Shown here in pieces: positions 1 through 12,871 of a DNA stretch of 64,000 bases. Numbering within the stretch: the first letter of the stretch is position 1; every line of letters begins with the position of its first letter. This DNA comes from Phoronis australis (taxonomy: Eukaryota > Animalia > Phoronida). Location: assembly GCA_002633005.1 (NCBI GenBank), contig NMRA01000361.1, positions 396,302 through 460,301 of the forward strand, written 5' to 3'. The notes beneath the pieces were generated by a model. The model did no database searches. It was not told the origin of the DNA and was given only the letters and a program-made list of their open reading frames with translations. The translations under genes and the position numbers were made by a program.

Positions 1-923
1 TTAACAGATTAGTGCATTTCTTGATTGTACAATAAGAAAGTTCGAGAACATCAAAACAAAAATTATAAGAAAAACACATGTACTTTCCGTCGAAGGATAA
101 CCTTTACCGACTTCGTTTTTGTTCAATATCGGCATTCGTAATTAAAAAACAAAAGTTAATAGCAGTTCGTGGGATTCACAAGCCTTAAAAATTGATAATG
201 TTTTCCTATATCGAATGTCAAGTGCTCAAAAATGACCCAGCTGTTCTTAGGTGATCTCAGTGTGTAAGGTTATAGGAAGATGCAATACGTTTGAACAACT
301 TTTGTCTTTCATTGAAAAAATAAACAAACAAAAAACTCACTGGAATTTCATTTATGAATAATTAAAGTCTCCTGCAGCACACATTTCTACCTTTTTAAAA
401 TGATTGTTTTTATAGCCCACTGTTCCCGTCTGTGAGTGATGACGTCAATGCTCGACACAGGTGAAAATGTCCTCTCGAAAAGAAGCATGCTTGTAAACGT
501 ATTTTCCGATTTGGGATCTTAAAAAGTGACGACCAAAAAACCCCCATAATTCCGTTCGGCGCCCATACAAGTGAGGCCAATTTTCTTTTCGTATCTTACA
601 TTTCCACTCGTATTTTCGAGCGTTTACTCGCTTACGTTGAACGTTACAAAATAAAACATTCTTACTAAGAATAACCATGACATTTTCTGCTCAATTTTGT
701 ACCTTTATGTGTTATTGGCGTGTTAATAAGTCCAGTATGTACTCAAAATTTTGCACAGTTGCTGGCAAACGGATATACGCAGTCCCAAAATTGTTTTGTT
801 TCAGTGTGAATTCGAACCTCAAGGATGGCGCTGCTTAGGGCTTTAAAAATGGCTTCAAGACCACTAAGTGACACTCGGGTTATGTGTTCAGAGTTCTTGC
901 ACCATTGTTTTGTTCTGTCGCAG

Positions 924-3900
924 GTATTGGGTTCGCCATCTGCGTCATTGCCTCCTACGTAGCCTTCTACTACAACACGATCATCGCCTGGTCATTGTAC
1001 TATCTCGTACACTCCTTCCGCAGAGAAGTCCCGTGGAAGACGTGTAACAACACGTGGAATACTGACAATTGCACACTGTTTGACGACTTCGTACAGAACA
1101 CATCACTGTCTAATAACAGCTACAGAACAACCGCAACACAGGAATTTTTCAAGTAAGGTTAATTTCCTTAAGTCAAATATGTGTTTGATAAACATTCTAT
1201 ACATATTTAATGGAGTGAAATAGACAGTTCTTCTTTTACATACGATTTGGATGATGGATGCAGTCAAACATTGTTAAAGTGCGCATCCTTAATATAACCA
1301 CAAAAAAATCAGACTCTCTTGAAAAAAAGCACGTTCTTAGAAAACATTATATCTTTCACAATTTCTTGCCGAATTACGAGATTTACTTGCAATATTTGTA
1401 ACGCGCGCAGTGTGTGTGCGCCATCAACAAGAATTAATTGAGTGGTCGTGGTTCAGAACCAGAAGCATTTGTACATTTTGTCAACTCCAACACGCGGTTA
1501 TCGTCTTCTTGCATGCGTAATTTCGTCATTTGTTATTAATCATTTAAAACCTGCTGAAACAAAGATGTTTTATAATTTTCAGCCGCGCAGTTCTAGAGGT
1601 ACAGAAGTCTCACGGAATAGAAAACGTTGGTCCCATCAAATGGTCGATCGCACTCTGTCTTTTGGCTGTCTTTGTTATTGTTTACTTTTCGATTTGGAAG
1701 GGAGTGAAATCTTCAGGAAAGGTACACTGTATATGACCTCTGTGACACATTGACTCTAAATTGTTGGAAACGTGTCTCTTTTAACTATACATAAAATACC
1801 AACATTCACAAACGCTGGACGCCAGCTGTGAAAATCTCCATTTCATAGGTGGCGCAGTAAGTTTATGATTTGAAAGAGGATGTTATAATTTTTAGAACAG
1901 ACTACATCTCAAAACCATTAAAAAACGTGCACTATCAGATGTTTATGTGTTTTGTCGAACTGAGAAAGTTTTCAGTGACCCTAAATTACCTTATAACTAT
2001 GTGTCTTCATTTTCTACAATCGTTTTACCCTCAGATATCCTACGCCACTAATTGTGGGTCTTTATGTTATAAATATTGGGTCACACAATATTGATTTTAG
2101 ATTTGATCTCATTTAAACGAAGCAAGCATTAACTATCATGGTATTAACAAGACGAATGTAGTTACCATTTTATTTCGTTTGGTCACGTCACTGTTCATAT
2201 AGAGGCTCTACAGAAAGATATTTTGCATTTGGTGATATTTGGACAAAAGCATTATTAATGATGGCAACCTCTCTGAATTGTTTTCCTTTTATGTTCTGTG
2301 TATTCTTCAATAAATATACATCACTTGAAAACAAACTCTTATGGCTATAAAATTGGTCTCAACTTGTTCCTTACTAAGATGAGAAACGACATCTGCCTGA
2401 GATGATGCTCAACACATGACACTCTGCGACAAGTTGACTTGTACATCCAGGTCAGCTCTTACATAGCCCGGAAATCGTCTCCGTCTAATTTGAGTAACAA
2501 CATTTTCTAGACCAATGTCATAAGAATACGTGATCTAAGCCAGATCTGGTTTATGTGACGGAAGGCGTCTCATAGTCTTTTTAACCGATTTCTGTTAATA
2601 TGAACGTGGTTTGGTTTGTTTACAGGCTGTGTGGGTGACAGCTACACTGCCCTACGCCATCCTCTTGATACTGCTTATACGCGGTGTCACCCTCACCGGG
2701 GCTATGGAGGGCATCAAGTACTATCTGTCGCCACAATGGGACCGTCTTCTCGACACGTCGGTGAGCTCTGTTGGCAACTTATCAGTGACCTAAATTGGCA
2801 AATCTAAATGGTGAATCTAGACCATCATTATATTTTTGAAGCTAAGTAAGCACTGTAATCAGGATAACAGAGTCCCTGTGTTTTCAAAAAAATACTAACT
2901 TTTGACATCGCACACTTGGCGTTATAAAACGTGTTCCTCGTTCTGACAGGAAAAAAATTCTGGGTACAGCAACACTTCGCCAGAGATGTTGTCATGTACT
3001 TAAAACGAGAACACGTGGTTTCGGCTAGATTTTAGCGAGGTCCTAGCGTAGGTCCTAGTGTTACTGAACTCTATCCTGGGCTTGAAAAACTGCGAATTGC
3101 TTGAGACCAAGCTCAATAAGGCCAGTCACCGAGTAGGATCTGAAGCAATAATTAACTGTCGTTTTCACCCACGTCTAAAATTCCTTCGGACCTCAAGCAA
3201 CAAGTTGTGGCCATTTTTAATTTGTAAGATGACCTTAAACAAAAGCTACTAGTTTCTTGTACAGAATGTTGTCCATTCGAATTATTCCAATGTGTTATAC
3301 AAGCACAACTTAACGCTTAACAGTAGCTAAGCTGCTTCACAGGTATTCAAAGAATGTCTCAATGTTGTCCACAGGTGTGGATCGCAGCAGCTCAGCAGGT
3401 CTTCTTCTCTCTTGGTCCTGGATTTGGTGTCCTGTTGGCGCTCTCAAGTTACAACACGTTTAACAACAACTGTTATAGGTACTTGTATTTCAACTTATTT
3501 CACTTTCCTGTAACCCTAACCGGTGGTTGTATCAATGGCAGAAAAAAATAATTTGAAATCAAACGGTGTTTACAACAGGTATACTTGACACAATGAATAA
3601 ATTCAATGACGGGTAGCCACAATTGCCACTCTTGGGTTGCCTGTTTCCACAGAGAATCTAGAAAATTTATTGCCTGAAGGCTTCTGTTGTTTCAGTCACC
3701 AAACTATTCTGCTACGAAAACTTCTTTGAATATATATAAAACAAATCTTTCATGATTTGCAGCGACGCCTTACTTACGGCGGCTATAAACAGCATGACAA
3801 GTTTTCTCGCGGGATTTGTCGTCTTCTCAGTGCTGGGCTATATGTCTGTGATGCAGAAGAAGCCAATAGAAACTGTGGCTACAGAAGGTAACGATCACGT

Positions 3901-6900
3901 GATACTTTAATGGCTATTGAATTTCTTGCAATTAATAATTCTGCAACAGTTCCTAAATTCGCTCCATTTCTTCCCCAAAATCGCTATTCCGTTAGTCTAC
4001 AATTCTGCTACAAAATATTGCACGAACTGCGATTCACGTGTTGATAACTTTGCTTTTGAGGACAACCATAAGCATTTCATTGTGACCTTGTGTCGCGGGA
4101 TTTCACGATGCTACTAAAAGTATACATTTTCTGAAAGAATAAGATTATGGATTATAAAAACATATTTTATATTCATGGCTTCATTATTATTAGTACATTA
4201 ACTCCACCTTCTTTAAGTCAAAATTTCATTTTCAAAACTTCATAGCAAAACAACTCCCCGTTCGATTTTACTGAAACCTTTTTTAAAAGAAAACTTCACC
4301 GGTTCCCTCAGAACGCTGTTAAGAATTTTCGACTAGTCTCTTAGATTGGTTTCTATGACAAATCAACTCGCAAAACGTAAGGTATTTTTGTAAAAGAATA
4401 GCAGTCGTATTTGTCTTTGTTATACGCAAAAACTAGGCCTTTAAATCGAAAATCCTAACTGCATTTTGAGATTGATGAATAAATATTAAGTTTGGAAGGT
4501 TTCAGTGAAATCCAGCTAGCCGTTTTCGAGAACGTGATCCTTTGCCGAAGCTGAGAAAAAGCCGATTAAGCTGGGACAACTGAAAATCTCAAGGTCTTCA
4601 GTTAGTTATTCAGTGAAAACTTGTTTTCAGTCATTATAACCTTAACATCCCTTAGCCATGTTCGCCGGCTGTTTCAACATTCACTCGCAGTGTCAACTGA
4701 ATTTGTAGCGCGTAATTAATTCAATTATCTCTAAAACGTTAATTTTGTTACCGTGTCCAGTTCGAGAAGCGTGATTAACGACCTACTTAAAAGTAGGTCA
4801 ACAGTTCATTGTTATACACAGCACGCGCAGGGAGACTGATACGGAACCGAGTAAGAAATGGAGAACAGAAATCGAGTTGGTGATTAAAGCACGTCGTGAG
4901 CATGAGATAGAAACAGCGAAGTGTCAACTTACCTATCAAATTAAGGAATTTGAGTGAGGACATGTCTCTTCTTGTTGTGTTCGTGACAAAAAGTCACAGA
5001 AGCGTGAGACGACTACGAGCATTCGTTCTCAACGGTCGTATGCATGCAGACGCGCAACTCCCTCAGGAACAAAGTTACGTTTTGTCTTTGTTTTTCCCGG
5101 TGTCTTTCTATCATGTGTACACCTCGTTGACTCATTATTATGGTGACTCGGTAAATGAAAGGACTGAGGGTACATACTAAGATGTTCTGTGCCTGGTGGG
5201 AGATTCTATTTGAGTGACAGGCCTGTAACCTTTGACCTCGGATATATAGTACACAAATTTTTCCCGCGGTTGTGCGGTTCCAAGGTGGTTCTGTTAAATA
5301 TTTTTTTCTCGCAACACAGTACATATTTTACATTTTAATTTCCCCGAGAATGAATATAAGGTATTTTGTTAGACATATGTGAAAAATTGTAAAAATGGCC
5401 AATTTTGTGTGAATAAGGTTTGAGATGTCCTTAAGAGACCCATACACACTAAGATGTTAATAGTCACAGGCGCACTATGAAGGTTAGCGGACACAGACAC
5501 CATTTAGGATATTGACGGACACAGACAAACCACGAGGGGTTATAGTGGAAACTGGTACGCCATCAGTGGGTTAATGGACATATCCATACCATCAGGGGTT
5601 AATGGGCACATGCACCGCACCATGAGGGGTTAATGGACACGAACACACCAAGAGGTTAATGGACACGGACACACCAAGAGGTTAATAAACACAGGCACGT
5701 CATGTGGGGTTAATGAACACAGACACACCATGTGGGGTTAATGGACACAGGGACACCGTGTGGGGTTAATGGACACAGACACACCATGTGGGGTTAATCG
5801 GGACACAGGCACACCATGTGGGGTTAATGGACACGGACACACCAAGAGGTTAATGGACAAGGACACACCAAGAGGTTAATGAACACAGACACACCATGAG
5901 GAATTAATGGACACACGCACATCACGAGGCGTCAATGGACATAGACACACCATGAGGGGTTATCCTACACAGACGCGCCACGAGGAGGTTAATGGACACA
6001 GGCTCATTATGATTCCTCTCCTACTGAAAATTCATAAGTAGTCGCAATCCTTCTGGATACACGCCTGTAACTCACCATAGGCACATTTCTAGTATTGTTT
6101 TGTTCTACACATAAGCGACGAAAAACTACCACCAGTAAAGGCAACTCGGGAGAATGTCTTGAAGTATGTGTATTTTTGTTTAATAGATAAAGTTGCATTA
6201 TACAATATGTATATGCAACGCCACGCCCATTTGATCAGCTGAATGGTGTTTTCAGCAATGATGATTTTTCCCACTCCTTTATGTGTAAAACTGAATTTAA
6301 TGAGCCACTTTTCCTTCTATACATTACAGGCCCCGGTCTGGTGTTTGTTGTCTACCCAGAAGCCATTGCACAATTGCCCGGATCAGTGTTTTGGGCAATC
6401 ATATTTTTTCTCATGTTGATCACACTTGGATTAGACAGCACGGTAAGTTCACACTCATAGGGCTAAAAACTGTTCGCACCTGTACAGCTCTCAAAAATTT
6501 AGAAAAATGGTTTGGACTAGGTTTGATGGCAATTATGGACTAAATGAGGAGTTATCGTATTTTGAAATTGTTTTGAGAAAAAATCCACGCACCTGACTTC
6601 TGCTCTGTTTTACTAGGATCTGTAAGTCAAGCCATGATTTTGAAAGCACTTGCACTTTGCTTAAAAGTTGAAATATTTGCGTGAAATACAGGTAAGATTC
6701 CAAGAAATGAAATTGGAAAATCTGGTTGGTAATCGTACAAATGTGGAATTTCTAGAATTTAGAGGCTAAGAGCATTTTGTCTCCACATTGAGACCGGGGT
6801 AGTCGTGAATTTGTCATTTTGGTGAGAGAAATCCATGCCAAATTCATTTTTTGTCATTGATGGCTTCTCGATTTTTTCCGGCGGACACGTACCGAAGCAA

Positions 6901-9900
6901 AAAGCCATGGCTGCGTTGAATTTCCTCATCCATGAGAAACTGTATTAGTCGTACTTTCTGTAAGTAACTCATTTTGTCACGTATCCTGGGACACAGTGGT
7001 AGCTAGTCCAACTGTGGTGTTAATCCATACAACAGCGGCAATAGATAAAACACATGTTCCTGAAGATGACACTAGTTTTACGCTTGGTACTTGCTGGTTC
7101 CCTGCGTGCCGCTAGGTGGTCAGTAGCCAGTAAGCAGGAATCACTTAATTTTCCTCGGGAATTTTTTACACCGGCGTTTCTGATTGGCTGGTCGAATTCT
7201 CAACAGGCTGCGCTTTACCCAAACAAACTAGCATGACTGATGGAGCAAGTGTAAATGTGGTCTGTTGTACAGTTAAATCGGTGCTTAAAATTTATGTTCA
7301 GAAAATGTGAATACCAGAAATTGTGGTTGCGCCTTTTCGCAGTGCATCTTTCTACTGCATGACTTTTGTTTACGATACTGTCCTATATTCATACAGTATG
7401 ANNNNNNNNNNNNNNNNNNNNNGCGCAGCGGAATCGTGTTCCCGTTTTTTTCTTAGTCCTCCGATAGAATTTGGCAACACCAGGTCCACATCGCCAGCCC
7501 CGCAACTTTCGGGCCGCCTGTGCATACCATCGCGCTTTGCCCAAATCTCCGAGGCAACATCTTGGCCACAGTGTAACACGCCGGTTAAATAGGCCAGATA
7601 TGTGTTTATTGTACATGTATGTGCTTCAAGAACGCGGCTATTCAACATTACTGCACAAACCAAATAGTTGCTTCTACGCCACTAGCATGACAAAGCTAAA
7701 GATCATTCATAGTCCGCCATTTTTCACGCTGTTGTAAAGCTAACCAATGACTGCCCAGGTTACATCAACCCGGCAAGGCTACAGTGCCTGCTCCAGTGTG
7801 TGCCTGCGTGCTGGCTAGGCACGTTGGGAACCAGCAAGCGCTTGGTAGTGTAGTGTGCCTACAGTACGTATAAATTTAAATCGCCAGTCTGAAAGAATAA
7901 GCCAACGGCATAATGCCAGGACGTGTCAAGAGTACTCTTGCATTCTTCTCAGATAAAAATATTAAATATGTTCCTGAATCTTTTGCTGCGAGCGAAAATG
8001 GTTTAGTAAAATAGGCGTGATCATGAGATGGAGGCAGTTGAAATACTACAGTACGGAGGAGGCAGTGTGGACTAGTGCTATAGGTGGCCGCTTTCTTTAC
8101 GCGAGGTCGGGGGTTCAACTTCCACTGGGCCACACTGTTAGACCCTTGAGTCAGGTTTCTAGCTTCTCAGCACGGTTTTAGCTATATATTAATAAACCAT
8201 AAAAATAGTTCCAAGTGATCAGTGCAATGGGCCCACAAGCGCGGCCTGCGCAGGTCTGGTACAACGTGTACCAGCAGACCGCCTGTTATTATTTTTCATA
8301 TATTCTTACAGTACGGAGGACTCGAGTCGGTCATCACCGGGATATGTGACGAGTGGCCAAATATGATAGGCAAGCGTAGAGAAATGTTTGTGGCCGGACT
8401 TATCGTGTACTGTTTCTTGGGAGGACTGTGCACGACTACTTATGTAAGTACGACGTACGGTATTCACTATGGCAATACTCAATGATCTTATGTGTTATGG
8501 ACGTTGTCAGTTGGTAATGGTCCGATGATGAGATGCGCGTGCAAAGCCGTCTCACTATACCTGAGACTAATTGATGCTGACTAAAGCAGATGTAGATAGA
8601 TTTCTAACGTTCTCGTCCAAGTTTCGCACAACCTGCTCCAAATTCCTCATCCTTAACAGCGGTATTTGACGACTTCATCGTCTGAGGAAGGTAGACTTGA
8701 AATGAGGGAGGTGGACCCGAAGGTTCAACAGTAACTGAAAGCTATAACTAAGAAGCGTGTCATATAATCAGGTTTGTTGACAAGAGCAAGTTTGTTTTGC
8801 TGTGAATAAGGCGCTAAATGCAGTTTCAAACAAGGACAAGGAACAAGTATTTCAGCGGACCACATACATACTTCATGACCTCGAAATTCTTTTGTTCGAT
8901 CTCGAAAGTTCCCCTCTACTTAAAAAGAATGGTTACTTTCTTATGTTGAACTTTTTACCTGTATGTTGAATTCGATCAAGTATGGGTATACCCGCAAAAT
9001 TTATTTGATGCTGCATTTCAGGGAGGGTCCTACATTGTCACTCTGCTGGACTCACACGGGCCACCGTACGCCTTGCTCTTCATTTGTTTCCTGGAAGCCA
9101 TAGCTGTTTCCTGGTTCTACGGATTCAACCGGTTTTGTACAGACATTGAGAGCATGCTGGGATTTCAGCCAGGAATGTTCTGGAAAGTCTGCTGGGTTGG
9201 AATCAGTCCTGTGTTTCTGTTGGTCAGTACCAAGTACTCCACCTAACCTTTATAATACCTTTAATGTTAGCGGCCGCACCGGTCTTCTTTCCCAAATGAC
9301 TTCCTTTTAAGAATGTTTTGCTACAAATTATACTTTATTAAAATAAATTATAATTTTGCTGCAAAACGGCAACTCGGCTCATTTTAAAGTGAAACAGTAC
9401 CTTAATAGACAGGTCAGCGACAACGATTTGAATTTAGATAGTTTACTGTTTGTACTTGAATCTTGTTTTTGTCGGTAAAAGTTTCCGTTTGCTTTCACAG
9501 TTTCTCTTCGTTATGTCCATTTACGAATATAAACCGCTTGAACAAGACGGTTATGAATACCCCGACTGGATTACGCCTGTTGGCTGGTGCATCATCATGT
9601 CGTCAATAGTCTGTGTACCCATCTTTATGGTCTACAAGTTCTTCACAACCAAGGGAACCGTCTTAGAGGTATGTTCCAAGTCTGTTTAGACCTGCCAATC
9701 TGTGGAAATGTGTCACTGTCTTACTAATCCAAAAGCAGTGCTCTTCAATGACTGTGGCCACCAGGCGATTATCTTTTACAATCGCGCCTACCAGAAAGTT
9801 CTGCTTAACCAGCAGTGCGTTCCGTAGTTTCTTGCGAGTTTTTCGAGATTCCGTCAGTAAAAAGCTAATGTTTTAGAGCAAGCTCGGAACCTCGGAAATT

Positions 9901-10799
9901 TGTGTTTTGATTTTGCAGCCTATGCTTCATATTAAAGCTCACAAGCCGACTAGCAAATTAAATGGCTACCACTGGCTGGAAGGTTGAACAAAGGGAGAAA
10001 ACTCTATTTCCGTTCCACAGATCAAAATTTCTCGCCGCAAGTATCCCGCAAGACTGACAGACTAGCTTTGCGGAACGCGCCTTAAATCATTCTCTAACAA
10101 GCACGCTCTGACCAACCATCGTCTTATGACTGACATAGGGCGAGTTACACTCTTTCCCAGGCAACGGGAGTTCTTGTGTGGCTATGCAACAGAGAGTAGT
10201 GCGAGTATTCGTACACCAGATCTGCCTGTTTAAGACGGAGATCTTGTAAATCTCCCAGCTTCGTTGATAGACCTTACACTGCTGTTACCTCCATAACAGT
10301 GTCTGACCTTTAATTTACAAGAGGAGGCATTGTGGCCTGACTAGGGTGATAGGTGTCCGCTTTCTTTACTAGAGGTCGTGAGTTCGAGTCCCACTGGGTC
10401 ACACTGCTAAACCCTTAAGTCAGGTTTCTAGCTCCTCAGCTCCGTTTTAACTATAATTCTATTAATAAAGCCATAAAAATGATTCCAGGACTTCCAGGTG
10501 ATCAGTGCAGCGGGGACCACATGCGCGGCCTGCGCACGTCTGGTACAACGTGTATCAGACCGCCTGCAATCATTTTTTTATTTTAATTTCCAAATCGAGT
10601 GCAGGCACGCGCACCAAAATAGGAACACTTCTAATTGAATCACCGTACAACCAAACGCTGAAATCAGGCAAATTACTATCCATCATACGTAGTACCACTG
10701 TTTTAAATTTTTCAGCGAATTCGAACCATGTTTACCCCGGAGGAGATCCCACCGAACCCAGAAACGGCGGAAATTGCAGTTAATCCAACGTTCGTGTAA
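924..10799 (+). CDS. SLC6A4: SLC6 Na+/Cl- dependent monoamine transporter, serotonin transporter (SERT)-like; 5'-partial, 10 exons: 924-1152, 1583-1721, 2626-2760, 3375-3478, 3763-3887, 6330-6442, 8312-8443, 9022-9222, 9501-9668, 10716-10799
   Basis: All introns are GT-AG and the phases join into one frame. Motifs: [23 protein letters not shown] (TM3), [13 protein letters not shown]|[30 protein letters not shown] (TM6, SERT-type GPGFG), [50 protein letters not shown]|YGGLE, AVSWFYG, C-terminus ...NPTFV*. Exon sizes 139/135/104/113/132/168 match my recollection of vertebrate SLC6A4. SLC6 family is certain; SERT orthology is likely. Confidence 0.9.
5457..6003. repeat. Intronic minisatellite, ~28-31 bp unit (consensus ~GGGGTTAATGGACACAGACACACCATG), roughly 18 degenerate copies
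   Basis: The GGTTAATGGACAC core recurs about every 30 bp across 5460-6000. Confidence 0.9.
7090..7838. mobile_element. Non-autonomous DNA transposon (MITE) with 13-bp TIRs and 9-bp TSD
   Basis: CTTGCTGGTTCCC (7090) and GGGAACCAGCAAG (7826-7838), flanked by direct repeat CGCTTGGTA (7081-7089 and 7839-7847). A second partial copy lies at ~60976-61310. A 9-bp TSD fits MULE or AcademH-type elements. Confidence 0.85.
8054..8290 (+). mobile_element. tRNA-derived SINE (copy 1)
   Basis: A-box-like TGGACTAGTGC and B-box-like GGTTCAACTTCC, 3' hairpin GGTCTGGTAC...GTACCAG. Clearly homologous along its length to 10321-10580. Confidence 0.75.
10321..10580 (+). mobile_element. tRNA-derived SINE (copy 2)
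   Basis: B box GAGTTCGAGTCCC, same body and 3' hairpin as the 8054-8290 copy, T-rich tail. Confidence 0.78.
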
Positions 10800-12871
10800 C
10801 CAGAAAGAATTAAAGAAGTTCCACCAAAATATAGACCATACGAAGGATCGAGATTACCTTCGTAAAGGAACTGGATAATATGTATTTCTAAAACACTGCA
10901 AAGGATATTTGGTTTTTGGTGGTCTAGGTTGTTCAGAAACGTTGCCAGAGTATAAGCATGCGTTTGACTTCCTGTTGCAGTGCTTCATTTAAAGCTGTGA
11001 TGAACGCGTCTCCAACCAAATATAATGAACTCTTCGTGTTAACCACTAACCAAAATGAAACTTATCAACTTATTTAGTAAGCGATTTTTGGGCGCCGGGA
11101 GAAATGACAATTCGTTATCGCTCGAAACCATCCTTGGCGCAAAAATACCTCCCGAGTCTTGCCAAGGTAATGCGCGGTCATGATCTCTAGCAATAAGCAA
11201 GCGCCATCTCTTTTCAAGTCCAGAACTAACTTCTAATGGGAGTAAGGAACAATTTGAGAACAGACTTATAGCGTCTAACTGCAAGATATTGATACGAGTT
11301 GGGCTTATTTTAGCTTGTCACAAAAGGGACTCATTTGAACATTTGCATGCTGTAAATACATAAGGTGACTGCCAAAAAGTATATTAAACATAAATTAGTT
11401 GGCAATTATTTATTACTGGTAACTTGTCGTGTCCTAGTGAAGCTGTGGAGTTTATTATAGAATTACAAAGACTTACTGTTTTAATGTTGTTTCTTTTCAT
11501 TAGAACTAGTAAAGAAACCTCTATGTACCTGTATAGTGAAATGGTGTTCATGTGCGCTGTTTCGTTACCTAAAATACCTTCATATACTATGTTATTCAAT
11601 TTTTTTAAGTTTGAAAATTTTATATGCGAGATGCCAGTTGACTAGTGCGTAACATTCTAAATCACGTTTTTGGTATTATGAGCTTACATAACTTATATAA
11701 ACATTAATTAGCCGTAACTTATATCTAAAAATACATTGAATGTTTCTAGCTGTATATGTATGTGATTGTAGAGGTTCTGACAAGTTCCTCATGTATTATG
11801 TGTATATGTTCTGTGCAAATAAATCTTGTGGTTACCACTAAAAACACCATCACAAGATGAACTGGGAACACCACCAGTAGTTAGGATGACAATACCACAG
11901 CAAAGAAATGTTAGTGCGGGTACAAAACGTGGAATGCCACAGCTATTTGTCAAAGGACTGTAAGCGTATGCGCCCATTTATCAAAAGAAGGAGGGAGATA
12001 GAAACTCTGTGGTGACTAGTTTTTCCTCCACAGGTATTTCTAAAATCGTGAATACTGTGATTTTTTCTGGAAATTTCATCACCAGGGAAAACGAATTCCT
12101 CCGTACTAGACATTGCAACATGATACTTTCACCAGGAATTGTTTAAGAGATATTTTTGATGAGGTTTCGTACAAAATGGATTTAATAACCTACGAGGCCA
12201 GTTTACCTATAGGTTGATGGCCCATCCATTGCATGCGCTGTACATCTATGCAACCATAAAACACGTGGTATGTGTTCAATACGTTGCGTGTTCGAGATAA
12301 ATGACATTTACTCTTACTACACATTCTACAAGATTTATTATTTTCAAGTCTATGACGAACACGTCAGATTAACTCAAAAGCCTCCAATCTTTCATCTCAA
12401 AAATCAGTGACATCAGTCGTAGTGCACAATAATTGAGAATTTATCAGAATAACGGCAAGAGATCCATAAAACACTTGAAAATGTTTTATAATCACTGAAG
12501 TGAAATGTCCAGTTTTACAATGGATTTCTTCGTTATTGTTGTTTTAATTTTCAATATCACAAGTCCTATTTTAAATGCTTTGTTTAGTGTATCTGCCACC
12601 AACCTAATGTATCGATGTTGTACTGATGATGACTGGAACATACAGCACACAGAACACATGCATTAAGAATTTACCATGGTAGCGCACTTCAATAAATAAT
12701 ACATCGATAGCCTGACTTGTAATGTGCTCACAAATGCACATAACACGACGGGCATAGTAACAGCACACACACAACTCGACACTTCTGTCCATGAATGGTC
12801 TCCACAACAAGATTGCGTTATCCAATAAGTCACGTCCCACAATGGAAACTGTCTCTACTACATCAACACCA

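Noticed and set aside
5457-6003. CRISPR-like array
   Set aside because: Contiguous degenerate tandem units without unique spacers, inside a eukaryotic intron, with no cas genes.
8054-8130. tRNA genes (also 10321-10400)
   Set aside because: A/B boxes are present but there is no convincing cloverleaf, and both copies continue into a shared ~170-bp body and tail, so they are SINEs.
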